A stretch of DNA of 63,614 nucleotides, counting the filler, from Intoshia linei (taxonomy: Eukaryota; Animalia; Orthonectida): the NCBI GenBank assembly GCA_001642005.1. It is 3 parts of 3 records of this genome, joined end to end, with 100 filler letters (N's around TTAATTAATTAA, not from the genome) between each part and the next. Parts side by side here need not be neighbours in the genome. Positions count along the whole stretch, not along the records: positions 29,549 to 58,450 come from LWCA01000399.1; 2 more parts are not named here. One strand, given 5' to 3'. A model generated the notes under the pieces. The model was not told the origin of the DNA, did no database searches, and saw only the letters and a list, made by a program, of their open reading frames with translations. Below, piece after piece: positions 38,801 through 51,358 of the stretch. The first letter of the stretch is position 1; each line of letters starts with the position of its first letter. The position numbers were made by a program, and so were the translations under genes.

Positions 38801-41800
38801 ATATTAATTACATGTCAATCTTATCGTATATAAATCTCGATATACCAAAATTGATTTTAATTAAATTTTCTAAGATACGATAGAATGCGTTGACCTCATA
38901 ATCTTTTTTGTGGTAACTAAGTGCATAAAGTATCTTTAATTATATAATATGCTGCACAATATTTTTGTGTGTGTGTCCCACTTTATTTCAATAACTACCA
39001 GTCTTAAAATTTTATAAAGTGCACATTTCAATTACAGTTTTTTCCGGGATTGTTAGCAAAATAAATTTCAACCTCCAAACTCATATCTTACGTATCAAAA
39101 ATCTTAATTGTCTTTTTTTGAAATTCACACGAATTGAAAAATTTAAAAAAATATATACGCTGATACGGATTTTAAAATCTTAAACATTATTATAAATTTA
39201 AATGTAAAAAAATTATATTATCAGGGCCAAAACCACAAATTACCTTTCTTTTTTTAAAATAAAGTTAATTAATTTAAATTCAAATTAATTTTAGTATTGA
39301 TATATTTTTTTCCGAAAAAATTTTATTAAAACAAAAAATGTGAAATAAATAAAAGTCCGAAAATTAAAAAAAAATCATTCTGATAGAGCTTATTTATGTT
39401 GATATAAATACAAAAGTTCAACCCGAGAAATCTACACATTCCCGATGAAAAATAATTTTTAATATATTATCAATCAATATTTTTCAAATATTTCGATTAA
39501 AATAAAAATTGAAAATGTAAATATTGATACTACAATTTCAAAAAAATGTGCAGTGAACGTCTACACATTTTCAATAAAGAAATATGGGTGAAATTCTATA
39601 TAATTCATTTCTTCGGAATTTTTTTCATTATTACACAATTTTCAAATTCTCATTTTCAAAAAATTTTGAATAAAATTTAAATAAAAACTAATAACTGTAT
39701 AATAAATTAAAAAAATGGGATAACAACTGTTTTTAAAATTATTTACGCAAATGTTAACAAAAAAATTAAAATAGAATAATTTACTTTAAAATAAAAAGTA
39801 ATGTGACATGATGGTTCCACCTGAACAAGTTTCGGAACCACTCCTTTAAAGGATTGATAATAGTCAATAGTAGGATTTTTAATTTAGATTTTAACATTAA
39901 TTTATTTTTTTGGTAGAATAAAAATCTGCCCTCGGCAGAGCTAGGTGATGTTGGTACGTAGTACATAACAGTCAATCTAGTTACATATAATACATGCAGG
40001 TATACTATATTCCCTATACCTGTATGCTATAACAGTGATTCTCAAACTTTGAATCCGCAGGCCACTTTGTAATCTTTTTGAAATTTTTTATCGTCCGCCG
40101 AATATTTTTAATGATTTTGAAAATGTTTTGGCTTTGTTTAAAAAATTTTTATTTCATAAATGTTTTAACAATAAAATAAAAATTGTGACCCGCGATAGTT
40201 CTAAATTATGTTATATTGATAAAATGTGGAAGTTCTAAAAAAAAATTGTGAACTTACAGGTATACAATGAGCATCAAAATTAACTCAATTTTTCTAAAGT
40301 TATAAGTCTCTAGGCGGATTGCTGTTTTGAATGTTCTGATATTATATACGTTTGAACTATTACTAATTAGCATCAAATATATTGTGATCGAAATTATATA
40401 TGAATTTTTTTTGATAATATTGATTTGTTTTGTAGTAAAATTCTATAAAATTTTCTCTTCCGGTAAAAAATAATTTTCCATAATAATTATCCAATGTTTT
40501 GCTATTATTGTAATATGAATTTATATCAATATATTCAGTTTGATTTAAATGTTGGAATAGTTTTTGCTTAATATATTCGTTTATCCATTTACTTTTTAAT
40601 ATTCCCAATTTTGTACTATTCACTAGTTTATTAAATACAGAATACCCAAATGCATCTAGCTTTTTAATATTTCTAAATTTAAATTAAAATTCACATTAAA
40701 TAATTAATATGCTACATAATTACAATTCACTCAAATAAGCAGCACTTACAGCAATTGGCATAATTTTTTCAATGATTAAAATACAAGAAACTTTATTTTT
40801 GTATCGATATGTAGCTTTCTGTTTTTTATACGTTTGCCATATATAGGCTTGCCGTTTGTTGTAAAATGGAGCAATTTTCAAAAAAGACGACCACAATAAA
40901 ATGTCATTAATAACACTATATACTATGTATTAATGTATATTTTATATTAGTATTTAAATTTTTTAAAGTAAAGTAAATTAAATTTACCTTGACGATGTGG
41001 TATTGATGAGTTTTTCAAATTCATTAAAATATGCTATATTTCTAAAAACAACATAGTCAGAATCTTGGATACTTTGAAATGTTTGCGATAAAAACAGTTT
41101 AAAATTAATCTAAAGTTTTAATTAATATTTTTGAATAAGTGATTACCTTATTAGTTTGTAAACCGTTTAAATATTTAAAATTATATAATTTTTCATGATC
41201 ATTATCTTTTGAAGAAGTCATAATGTGGTTCAGTTTTGTTTGAAAATGTATAATTTCATCAATCGATTTTTCTACTTTTAATTGAGAAACATTAAAACCT
41301 ATATTTTGAAGAGATTTTTTGATAAAGGTTTTGTACTTAACCTTGTCTAAATTTTCTAATGGTGGCTTTGAAATCTGTTTAAATGATGTTAATTGAATAA
41401 AATTGGAAAAATAATTATTCATAATATATTATGATAGAAGTAGAAATTATTTATATGGGTATTAGGGCAATTCCATTTTTAAATCAAATTAGTATTAAAA
41501 TTTTATATTAAATATTAAAATAATATAATGAGCGCCGTTTAATTTCGTGAAGAATCATGTCAATAGTTTAATTTATGTTGAATATAAGCTTATTTTATTT
41601 TACTTTTTCGACTTTACCAACACTGTTTTAGTAATCTTAATATTTTATGTTTCCATAGATACTTACGGTAACTTAAGGTAACTATTATTTTGATTCACGC
41701 CATTTAAATTTTTTTCAAGGTGATTTTTTAACTACTATAACAGTAATAAATGAGTTATTAATTTGTTTTACGTAATTACAATGAAGTATACGTTATTTTA

Positions 41801-44800
41801 ATATCTTTTACGTAGATCCAATAACTTTTAAGCTAATTATTAAAAATTACCAATACTTTTTAAGCTAATTTTAAAAACTGATTAAAATTGTAATAATTAT
41901 GTAATTTTTGAAATCTATGTGTTAATCACTTTAATATCTTCATTTTAAAAATACTTTTAAAACTTATTAGTTTACAATTTGGATTATATTACAAATTTAA
42001 ATTAATAATTCATAAAAAATATCATGAATGAATTTAAAAATCTCTTATTGCAAAAAAATTTAACCGACACTCAAGTCTATAATATGGATGAAACTGGACT
42101 TGAATGGTGGAAAATGTCTAAAACAACATTATCCACAATGTATAAGCGACACAATAAAAAAATGGGAAAAAAAAAGTAGTAAAGACAGAATCACTATTTG
42201 TTGCACATCAAATATGGACGGCATTGATAGGCAAAAGTTAATGGTTTCGGTAAAAGTAGAAACCCTAAATGTTTCAAAGGTTATGGTCTATCTGTGTATT
42301 ATACTTCCTCAAAATCCAGCTAGATTTAATAGAGATATAATATATTGGTTCTTCAGTCATTTTGTGCCTGACTCCAGGGCTCATTGTACCTCCATGGGAT
42401 TGGATGACAATTGTAAAGTCCTATTGTTAATGGATCAATGTCTTACCCATCCACCTAGCCAATTTTTATTTTCTGATAACGTGGCTGTATTATACACTCC
42501 TTCAAATACAACATTAAGACCAGGGTATAATTAAGTCGTTTAAATGTCGATACAATCAAAATTTCATCAAAACTCTTGTTTCATGGCGTGTAACTGCAGT
42601 TATAAAAAATTATACAGGCCTGAGCCTGAGATTAACTACAGTGTATTTACGCAGGCCTAGTGAAACATTCAGGGTATTGACAAAGTATATAAATATGAAA
42701 TGAATAAATGCAATAAGCAAGATCTATTGGATTGTTTGAAAAAATTTATTAAATATTTATAATTAATATTTATTTTAGAATCTTCACGAAGAAATATAAT
42801 GAGAAAATTGGAAAATAAATTAATTTGTGTTTTATTTATGTTAATACAGTAATACATTTTGTAAATATTTTATAATACGAAACTAAGGACCTCCCAATCG
42901 TATATTTCTTATATTCAAAGTCTATAGTGTAGCTGTTTCATCAATGTTGAAAATATGATCTGTATAGCCACAATATTTATTTATAGAATTCGACTATATA
43001 AACAATCGGATGTAAATAACCTTTTGTAGAATGGTTTATAGCTTGTTTTTAATTTTTCTCTGAACATACTATCGCGCCGCAATTAAAAACCCTGTCTTAC
43101 ATTTTAGGGCAGAACATAAACTAAAATTTTTTAATCGATTAACTTTCGTTTCTATTTCAAAATATACAATTTAAATTTCTGATTTATTACTGAAATTGAT
43201 AATTATTATCTACATTTTATTTATAAATTCATGAAATATTTTTGTTCTTTCTTAAATTAGCAGCTTTTTCTTGCAAAATCTTATACTCTATAAATACTTT
43301 CAATAAGGACCCAACAAATATAAAACTATTTTTTATTGTGTGCTAAAATTTTTTAATTGCATTCTAGTGCGCTCAATTGAAAATACTGATCTATTTATAT
43401 TACAAAATATGTTGCTTACATGAATACAAGAATTCAGGGGTAATAAATTTTGTAATAATAATCATAAGTTGAAAAAAGAATCGATTGTTTGCAATGAAAC
43501 TTGTGAAAGAAACTTCTAATTCTATTAAAAATGTATATAAATTATTGAAGCTTTATACGGATAGTGATATCTTCAATATTTATGAAATAGGGTTAAACTT
43601 GATCTAGCTTCAATAACCATAAGTTCTAAAAAATCTTAAGGTAGTAAAGTAACAAATTGAGATAATGAATCTTGATATTACTCTTTATCCTGATCGAAAT
43701 TTGAATATTTGTAGTGTACATTATGTTTTTCGTTAAATAAAATGAATAAACTTTCTTAACAAAAGTATTATTTGAATTAAATTCGTAAAAATTATTCACT
43801 AACAATTGTTACATTACAATTGCAAAATATAAATTGTATATTTTCAAGAAAATGTTTATGTGTTACTATAGTGTACCAATGCACCGTTAGACTAACGGTT
43901 AGATAATTTTTAGTTAGTAGATAAAGACTAGTTTATTTTTATTCTCTACTAACGGTGCTTGACTGTACTTTTAAATAAACTTGTATTTTTTTATACTATA
44001 TTGCTACATTTGAGCTGTTTAAAAATTTTTACGTTTTTGAAACATTAAGAAATATTTAAATGAATGTTTAAAATTAATGACATTTTTTAAAAACCTGTAT
44101 ATAAAAAATTTCCTTGGTAAAATACTGTGCCTACCCAGAAAATTTTTCTACGCCACGTCCCTGGTTTAAATCATTGCCTATTGTCAACAAAAATAATAAT
44201 TATCTGATTTATTTTAAGTAATTAAATAAATTAAATTAGTTTAAAATTACTATTTTACTGTTAAATATTTTTTCAATTTTTTTATCAAATATATGGTAAA
44301 ATCGAGTTATTTAGATAAAATTAAATTTAAATTAAATTTCTCTGATGGAATATCTTAGGTGCTACTTACGCTACCCGTTTATGGGATTATATGCACGGAT
44401 TACAAAATCTAATAGAATTTATTTTTTGGGATTATTCTGATTTTGAATGATCTTTGTTATACATTTTGTAGTGATATATCGCTATTATACTAATCAAGAT
44501 TCGAATATATACCAGGGTTGCCAACATTAATTATTCTTAACTCTGAGTTTTGAGCAAAGCTGAATAAAGCATGGCTGAAGCGCAGCAAAGCGTGATATAA
44601 TGAAGCGTAAAAATTTTTTGTGGGTCCTCTTTTATTTTAGGTGTCTCTTTCTCCTTTTCAGCCATTTGTTGTTAAAAGATGCTAAGTACGATCGTTTTTG
44701 CGTCTTAGGAGTTTCATTTTCACGATTCTTTCAGACATTTTTTACTTAAACTACATGTAAAGAATTATTGTCATAAAAATCAAAAATAATAAAATAAAAA

Positions 44801-47405
44801 AGTATTACTCAATAATCTGGCACGATGAAACAAATTTACAGTGAAAAATATAGGTGTCACTATGTAATGGAATAAAATTAAATAATATAAATAAAATATG
44901 TCTGATCTGATGATTTTGATTGAAATAATTAAATTACCCTGAGAAATATCACTAAACCCTGATTCCTGAGTTGAATTAAAAACCCGTATTCTCAGGGGGA
45001 AAATAACACAGTTGGCAACTTTAATATATACTTTTGATATAACTTATTTGTGGTGTCTAACTGGCAGAGTGGTTATAGTGATATAATTGTATTCTGCGTG
45101 GCTAGGTTCGAATCGAGATTCGGACATCTTTTTATTTAAGATGAACTTATCAGAGTTCTTATCTGCCAATCGTTAAACATTTACTGACATAATTAAGTTA
45201 AAATTAAAATACTGACATTATGCAAATGACATACAAAATGACATGGTGATTACAAAATTTTCAATTTTTGAGCTTAGACACATTTAATTTTTTCTAATCT
45301 ACGATCGACTGATCAAATAAACAATTTGATGGTCAATCATTGTTCTAACATCGTTAACCTACTAAAAATAGTAATAATTCTAACAATAATGATATAAATT
45401 TAATAAGTAATAAACTACAGTTCACATTTCTAAAATAATAATTATCATATGCGTTTTAAAAAATAGGCGGAGAAAATTTCAATTAAATGTATTAATTTTG
45501 GCATATTCGTGATCAGCACAGTAGCATAATCGGGTGTATAACTCATAAAAATGATTTTATAAATACATTTGGTAACGAGATAATGATATTAAGTACTAGC
45601 AGTAACTTCATTAGTGTACTACTAGAAACTTATATATCAAACATTATATTTGATGTAGAAAATGAATTAACATAATATATTCATTTTAAAGTGAAGTGAG
45701 TTAAACGATAGTTACTCTTAAGTTGCTCTATCGTTACTAGCATACAAAACCACACCTATATGCAAATATACTTTTAGTTTTTTAAAAAAATGAACACCCT
45801 AATATACGTGTATTATTAAACTTAATTTATACTTTGAAATCATATAAACTTTTTTTAATGTAAGATAATTTTAACTTTTTCTTAATTACTACAACGATGT
45901 CTTAATATTAATAATAATTATTCACAAATATTTCAAATATAATAACTTATTATATTTGGAATGATATTGAATCCCTGATTTATATATTTGTAACACTTAC
46001 AATTATTATCCGTTTACCTTTAAACGAGTATGATGAAATTTTAAATCCGTACACAAAGCCTGTATACTTGAACAAATTCACCATTGTATGTTCAATATTG
46101 CGCTTTTTAAATCGTTCATCAAATGAATAATATGTTTCAAATATATCAAACATTTTCAAGTAATTTTTCGGTGGTTCACTATTTTGACAAGATTTGTAAA
46201 TTGCTGATAATTTAATCATTGCTTCGGACGGTTTTTTTTTATATTCATATGGCGTTTCATCAAGTTTCTGTGAATAATAAATGTTAAAGACAATTTATAT
46301 CCAGATGATAAATAATTATTTATCATTATAATTATTATAATACATTAATTGTATCGTAAATCAATATACAGTTAACTCTGGTTTAGTGCGATTAATAAAT
46401 CAAATAAATACCAAAGGTATACTAACAAAAATCGTACTAATCAAATTATATAACCCTTAAAGTATAAATGTAAGGCTAACACAATGATTTCAGTATCCGG
46501 AAAATTTTTATTACTTTTGTTAATAGTTTGTTAGTTAAATGTGCGGTATTTACATTTAAAAATATATAACACAGGTTGGGATTCCGAATATCGTCAACAG
46601 TGGTTAAAAGACAGTGTGAATACTTATTTGACAATGTTAAACTGGAAAGTTTTTAATGTGCACAAGGCTTATGTTAAAACCAACATTTTGTGAATGCATT
46701 TAAATTTACTGTTGTTATATTTGTATGTTTTATATAATGTAGAATCGAACCTAGCAAGTTCGGGACAGACCGAAAATCAAAAATAGCCAAACAAAAAAAA
46801 TTCCAGAAATGAATTGAAGTGTCGATAGCTCCTAGCCACCTCATTAAAGATCACTATGTAATTAAGTTGAAATTTTAAATTTAGCACACAAAATGGTTAT
46901 GATATTTAAGAATATATTTGACACTGGTAGTGTGTGTATTGTTTATTAAATTTTTTTTTAATTTAGAATTTAAATGATACCTTTCGTATGATGAGAATAT
47001 TTTGATTCATCATGATTGACAAATAATTTTTAAGTTGATAACTTGATGAAATATTGTTCGTATTGTCAAAATTGCCACACGCATAATTGTAAAAATTATC
47101 ACAGGGATCGACACTATGATTCATCATTTTATACATTTGCGCACTCAATTCTATACATTTACTAAATTTGCAGATAGTCGTCTAAAATATTCATTAATTA
47201 TGTTCAATAACTTGTGAATATGCACGTATAACGATAAGCGTATAAATCAGAGGTTATTTTTTATGATTACCTTTTTTGATTTTGTAACAGTCTTGCCGAA
47301 GTAAGCCATTAATGATGCTATAATTATTCCTATAATTAGAAGACATATAACGATGTACAACAATTTGTTTTTCAAGGATTGTTTGGATTTTCTATTTTTA
47401 ACCAT
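35823..47405 (-). CDS. Neprilysin/endothelin-converting enzyme family (peptidase M13) type II membrane metallopeptidase, about 12 exons
   Basis: Exon 1 MVKNRKSKQ...LLYIVICLLIIGIIASLMAYF (signal anchor); SVDPCDNFYNYACGNF (~47100); EVNAFY (~38890); FYGSIGFIVGHEFAHA (~36830); KLTLIENIADLAGIKYAY (~36560); FFISLAQ|NFC...HSPKSIR|INGATSNFDKFSTAFGC...MNLTNKCELY* (stop 35825-35823). The junctions I checked are phase-consistent. Confidence 0.92.
36224..36399. mobile_element. Short pogo-type MITE in a neprilysin intron
   Basis: TAGTCAAAATCTCATTTAACGAA ... TTCATTAAATGAGATTTAGACTG|TA inverted ends. Confidence 0.7.
36924..38752 (-). mobile_element. Tc3-like (DD34E) transposon, near full length, inactivated; inside a neprilysin intron
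   Basis: TA-flanked imperfect TIRs CAGCCCGACAAAATCTTAGAGCACC and GGTGTTCTAACGTTTTGTCAAGGGTG. Transposase 38167 to about 37190 has a 1-nt frameshift at FSD(E)KRFNLDGPDG (~37730), QQDNA...SPDLNPIE with 34 residues between D and E, and a premature stop at 37221. Confidence 0.93.
38932..39965 (+). repeat. Most complete copy of a dispersed non-autonomous Helitron-like family
   Basis: Starts ATC...TTATATAATATG..(TG)n and ends CTCGGCAGAGCTAGGTGATGTTGGTACGTAGTAC. No TIR or TSD. Blocks recur at about 470-870, 3680-3796, 22105-22830, 28000-29400, 56280-56560 and 59290-59800. Confidence 0.6.
42025..42590 (+). mobile_element. pogo/Tigger (jerky-like, DDE_1) transposase fragment
   Basis: VYNMDETGL, KDRITICCTSNMDG, WFFSHFVP, KVLLLMDQCLTHP, PSNTT and GIIKSFKCRY in shifting frames. 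Confidence 0.85.
44513..45023. mobile_element. hAT MITE
   Basis: Ends CAGGGTTGCCAAC and GTTGGCAACTTTA. Perfect 8-bp TSD ATATATAC at 44505-44512 and 45024-45031. Confidence 0.85.
45055..45126 (+). pseudogene. tRNA-like sequence (tRNA pseudogene or tRNA-derived SINE head)
   Basis: A-box TGGCAGAGTGG, B-box GGTTCGAATC, partial acceptor pairing GTCT/GGAC, followed by a T-run. Anticodon and T stems pair poorly. Confidence 0.55.
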
Positions 47406-48616
47406 ATGATAGATTAGATATAACCTTTATAACGTATTTCTATATGAAATGCTAAATCCAATGAAGTTTTAAACAAAATTACAACTGCAGTGTGTCAATA
47501 TTTAATAATGTTAATAAACATTCCAATGCCAGAAAAACGACGTAATTGTATTAATTAAATAACGTGAGGTTATATTAAAATTAAGAAATTTTACGATTGA
47601 AACGAATAGTTATTTAAATTATTGAAAAATAATTAGTTAATTGTTTGTTAAAAAATTATTTTTCAATTAATTTATTTATATGAAATAATTGCAATTAATT
47701 AAAGATTGATAACAATATCATAATCATTTTTAAAAAACCGTCATGTGGTTATAATGAATATACTAAAATGCTGTTTGTTCGAAGTACATAAAAATCAAGC
47801 TAGTAGGTTAAATACATCATTTTTCTGGTAACAAATGCGTTTCTATTTTTCTAAAATTGCATTTTTGTAACCATAAGAAATTATGATATTTATCCAAATA
47901 ATAGACGCAATATAGTATAAACTTAAATAATGATAAATTTTTCTATTGATACACTTTTATTTTGACGAAGGCACTGATTATGTAGTGCTATTCATATAAA
48001 TTATTTAACTATATTAGCATTATTTATTTTTAAGTAATAAGCATATGGCTAAAACTATCTAAGAACATAAAATGTATAATACTTTTAAAAGATTTTATTA
48101 TATTGTATATATTATTATTAGCCAATTGAAATTACTTTAGAAAGTATATTTAGTATAGATGTTACCGTTCGATTGGAGTTTCAGTCATTCTTTAGAATGA
48201 CTGTTCGTTGATATCAACTATCTTTGTGAGAATGTTAGAAAATTCTCCTTTATTCCTATTAACCGCAGGTATCGAAATAGTCACATAAAAAGTGAATCAG
48301 CTTTTTCTTTGGTCATAGACACATAAAATAAAACTGTTATCCACTCCTTTTTTGTTTTACTACAAATATTACCATTTCAGAAGTGGCTAGAGTTTTGTTA
48401 GCTCCCCGTTTATAGTATAATTTAGTTTTATCACAATTCTATACATCGTCTGGCTTATTTTCAGAAGCTTTCTTTTTATTATATTATTCCAAAAAGAATT
48501 TGAAACGTTTATTAAAAAATGCAGTTGGAAAAAAGTGATTTTTAGAAATAACTCAATACTGACGTAAAAAATAGAAATTTTGGCCCATATAATACTTGTT
48601 ATAATTTTAATTAGTT

Positions 48617-50370
48617 GTAACGAAGTTTCTGTATATATTTACGTAAGATTTTTCCAATAAACCTTCATTATCACATTGCATTTAACTATTATCACATTGC
48701 TTGTAATTGTTATCACATTTACAATCGTTATTCAATATTAAATTTAGCTATTATCACATCGGTTGTAATTATTATCATATCGATAGTGAAATGGTATAGA
48801 ATAAATATATTATATTTGATATATAAGTTTCTAGTAGTACACTATTGAAATTCACTATTGAAGTTACTGTTAGTACTTAATATCATTATCTCGTTGATGA
48901 ATGTAATTATAACTTTATTTTTATGAGTTATACAGTGTATAATATACACCCGATTACGCTACTACGACTATTGATGTCGAATCCACATTGTGAATAACGA
49001 TTTTCACTATAAATAATTTAAATTTTGTTTATATAGCTATTGTTTTTAATTGAGAAGAGAAGACAACCGGTTTTAGCGGGTTTATCGTTTGTGTTTGCTT
49101 ATTTAGACGATATAATAATTTTTTCTAAATCAGGAGTTGATCATGTTAAGGACATTAAAGTGGTTTTGTAAAGATTGAGACGTCATCAGTTGACTGTAAA
49201 TCCTGCGAAATGTCAAATTGGGTTGAAATCAATTAAGGTGTTAAATCATATAATTAATTCAGTTGGGGTTAAAACAGGCCCAGATAAGTTGGAAGATACT
49301 TTAAATGAGTTGAAGTTAAAAAATGACAAAGTTGAGAGTTATGTTGTATAAGAGTTGAAAATGGTGGGTAAAGAAGGTTTGAGTGAGTTGATTTTAAAGA
49401 TTGGTAAAGAAAGTAAGTTAAAAAGTTGGACAGACAAAACAATGGTTAAGTTGGTGTTTTGTTGTGCGAATCTAAAAGATAGATTGTTGTTAGATTCTTG
49501 GTTGGATTTAAAGTTGTTTGAGTTAATTAACTTTTAAAAGTTGAGTAAGCTTGTGGAAACTAAGTTAAAGAAAATAAATTTGCTTAATGAAAATTATAAC
49601 AAATTCAAAATATTGTGTAGTTCCAAGATCAGTTGTACGTTTGAAAAGTTGAAAAGTTCTTTTCAAGCTGCAGTGCCGGCTTTGGAGTTGGAGTCGTTGG
49701 AGACAATTTGTTTGCAAGAGTTATTATAAAAATTGTCTCCTTCGGCTTGGGAAACAGTAGCAAGGGAGCGCCCGGAGGTAGTTGTACAGAGGGCCGAAAC
49801 GTTGATCTATGTTGCGAGTTGCAGTATGCAGGAGATTGCGGATACGCGAGTTGGGAGAAAGTTGGTTAATCCAAAGTATCGCAATAAATGCTTTAACTGT
49901 GGTAAGTATGGACATATGTCTTATAGTTGTTCGTTGAAATCTTTAAAATAAAGAGATGAGTTGTTAGTTGAGTTGGGACCGGAAAGTCTTAAAACTACCA
50001 ATGGGCCCGGAAAGTCTTAAAAACTACCAAATGATCTAAATGTCCGTAAACTTGTCGACAACCTAAGTCGTTAAAATAATTTACCCAAAAATGATTAAAC
50101 TTGTCGACATGAAAAGTCGTTAAAAATACCAGTCAGTTAGTGGGCAGCCGCGCCTTGTTTCCCAATGGAGTTGCAGTTGAATCAAAATACCAGTCAGTTG
50201 GTGGGTAGCCGCGCCTTGGTGCCCTGCCAATCGAGTTGAAAGGTCTGGTGGAAGGTGTAGTGTTGTACCAGTTAGTTGTTTAGTTGTTATAACCTAGTTG
50301 TATAGTTTTTATAGAGTCAGCGAGTTGTCGCTCACTTTATAATTTTGTATTAAATCGTAATTTGAAATTG
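48617..50370 (+). mobile_element. Ty3/Gypsy LTR-retrotransposon debris (LTR-like segment, RT fragment, gag zinc knuckle, PPT/LTR start)
   Basis: 49070-49290 reads VFAYLDDIIIFSKS..DH...RLRRHQLTVNPAKCQ...NHII (RT). 49888-49930 reads CFNCGKYGHMSYSC (CCHC). GGTGGAAGG|TGTAGTG near 50256 looks like a PPT-LTR junction. 48915-48965 has an inverted relative at about 45520-45555. Confidence 0.8.
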
Positions 50371-51358
50371 TCAAAAAAGACGACCACAATAAAATGTCAT
50401 TAATAACACTATATAATATGTATTAATGTATATTTTATATTAGTATTTAAATAATTTATAGTAAAGTAAATTAAATTTATCTTGACGATGTGGTATTTAT
50501 GAGTTTTTCAAATTTATTAAAATATGCTATATTTCTGAAAACAACATAGTCAAAATCTTGGATACTTTGAAATGTTTGCAATAAAAACATTTTAAAATTA
50601 ATCTAAAGTTTTAATTAATATTTTTGAATAAGTGATTACCTTATTAGCCTGTAAACCGTTTAAATATTTAAAGTATATTCTTTTTTATGATCACTATTTT
50701 TTGAAGAAGTCGTAATGTGGTTCAGTTTTGTTTGAAAATGTATAATGTCATGAATCGATTTTTCTACTTTTATTTGAGAAACATTAAAACCTATATTTTG
50801 AAGAGATTTTTTGATAAATGTTTTGTACTTAACCTTTTCTGAAATAAAATCATTCAAATTTTTTAATGGTGGCTTTGAAATCTGTTTAAATGATGTTAAT
50901 TGAATAAAATTGGAAACATAATTATTCATAATATATTATGATAGAAGTAGAAATTATTTATATCGGTATTAGGGCAATTCCATTTTTAAATCAAAATAAT
51001 ATAAAAATTTTATAGGTAGATAATGAGTGCCGTTTAATTTCGTAAAGAATCAAATCAATAGTTTAATTTATGTTGAATATAACCTTTGTTTATTGTACTT
51101 TTTCGATTATACAACATTTTTATAGTAATCTTAATATTTTATGTTTCCAAAGATGCCGTCGGTTTATGTTGATTGGCGCAGTTTAAATTTTTTTACAATG
51201 TAACATTTTAATTAATATAACAAAATACATATTATTAAACTTATTTAATCTAATTACTTATTTAATTTATTAAATCTATTTTTGTAGCTACGGTAAATAT
51301 TATTTTGATTTACGCCATTTAAATTTTATTTAAGGTAATTTTTTAACTACTATAACAA
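50371..51358 (-). pseudogene. Partial duplicate of internal neprilysin exons and introns (copy of about 40878-41741)
   Basis: High colinear similarity including introns. This copy has a 1-nt frameshift (KKEYTLNI* versus EKLYNFKYLNG) and a donor GT changed to AT at 50480. It carries 15 nt (NDFIS) that the intact gene lacks. Confidence 0.88.

Noticed and set aside
48665-48785. Repeated TTATCACATTG units with short spacers, superficially CRISPR-like
   Set aside because: Units are about 11 bp, irregular and inside an LTR-like segment of a eukaryotic genome, with no cas genes.
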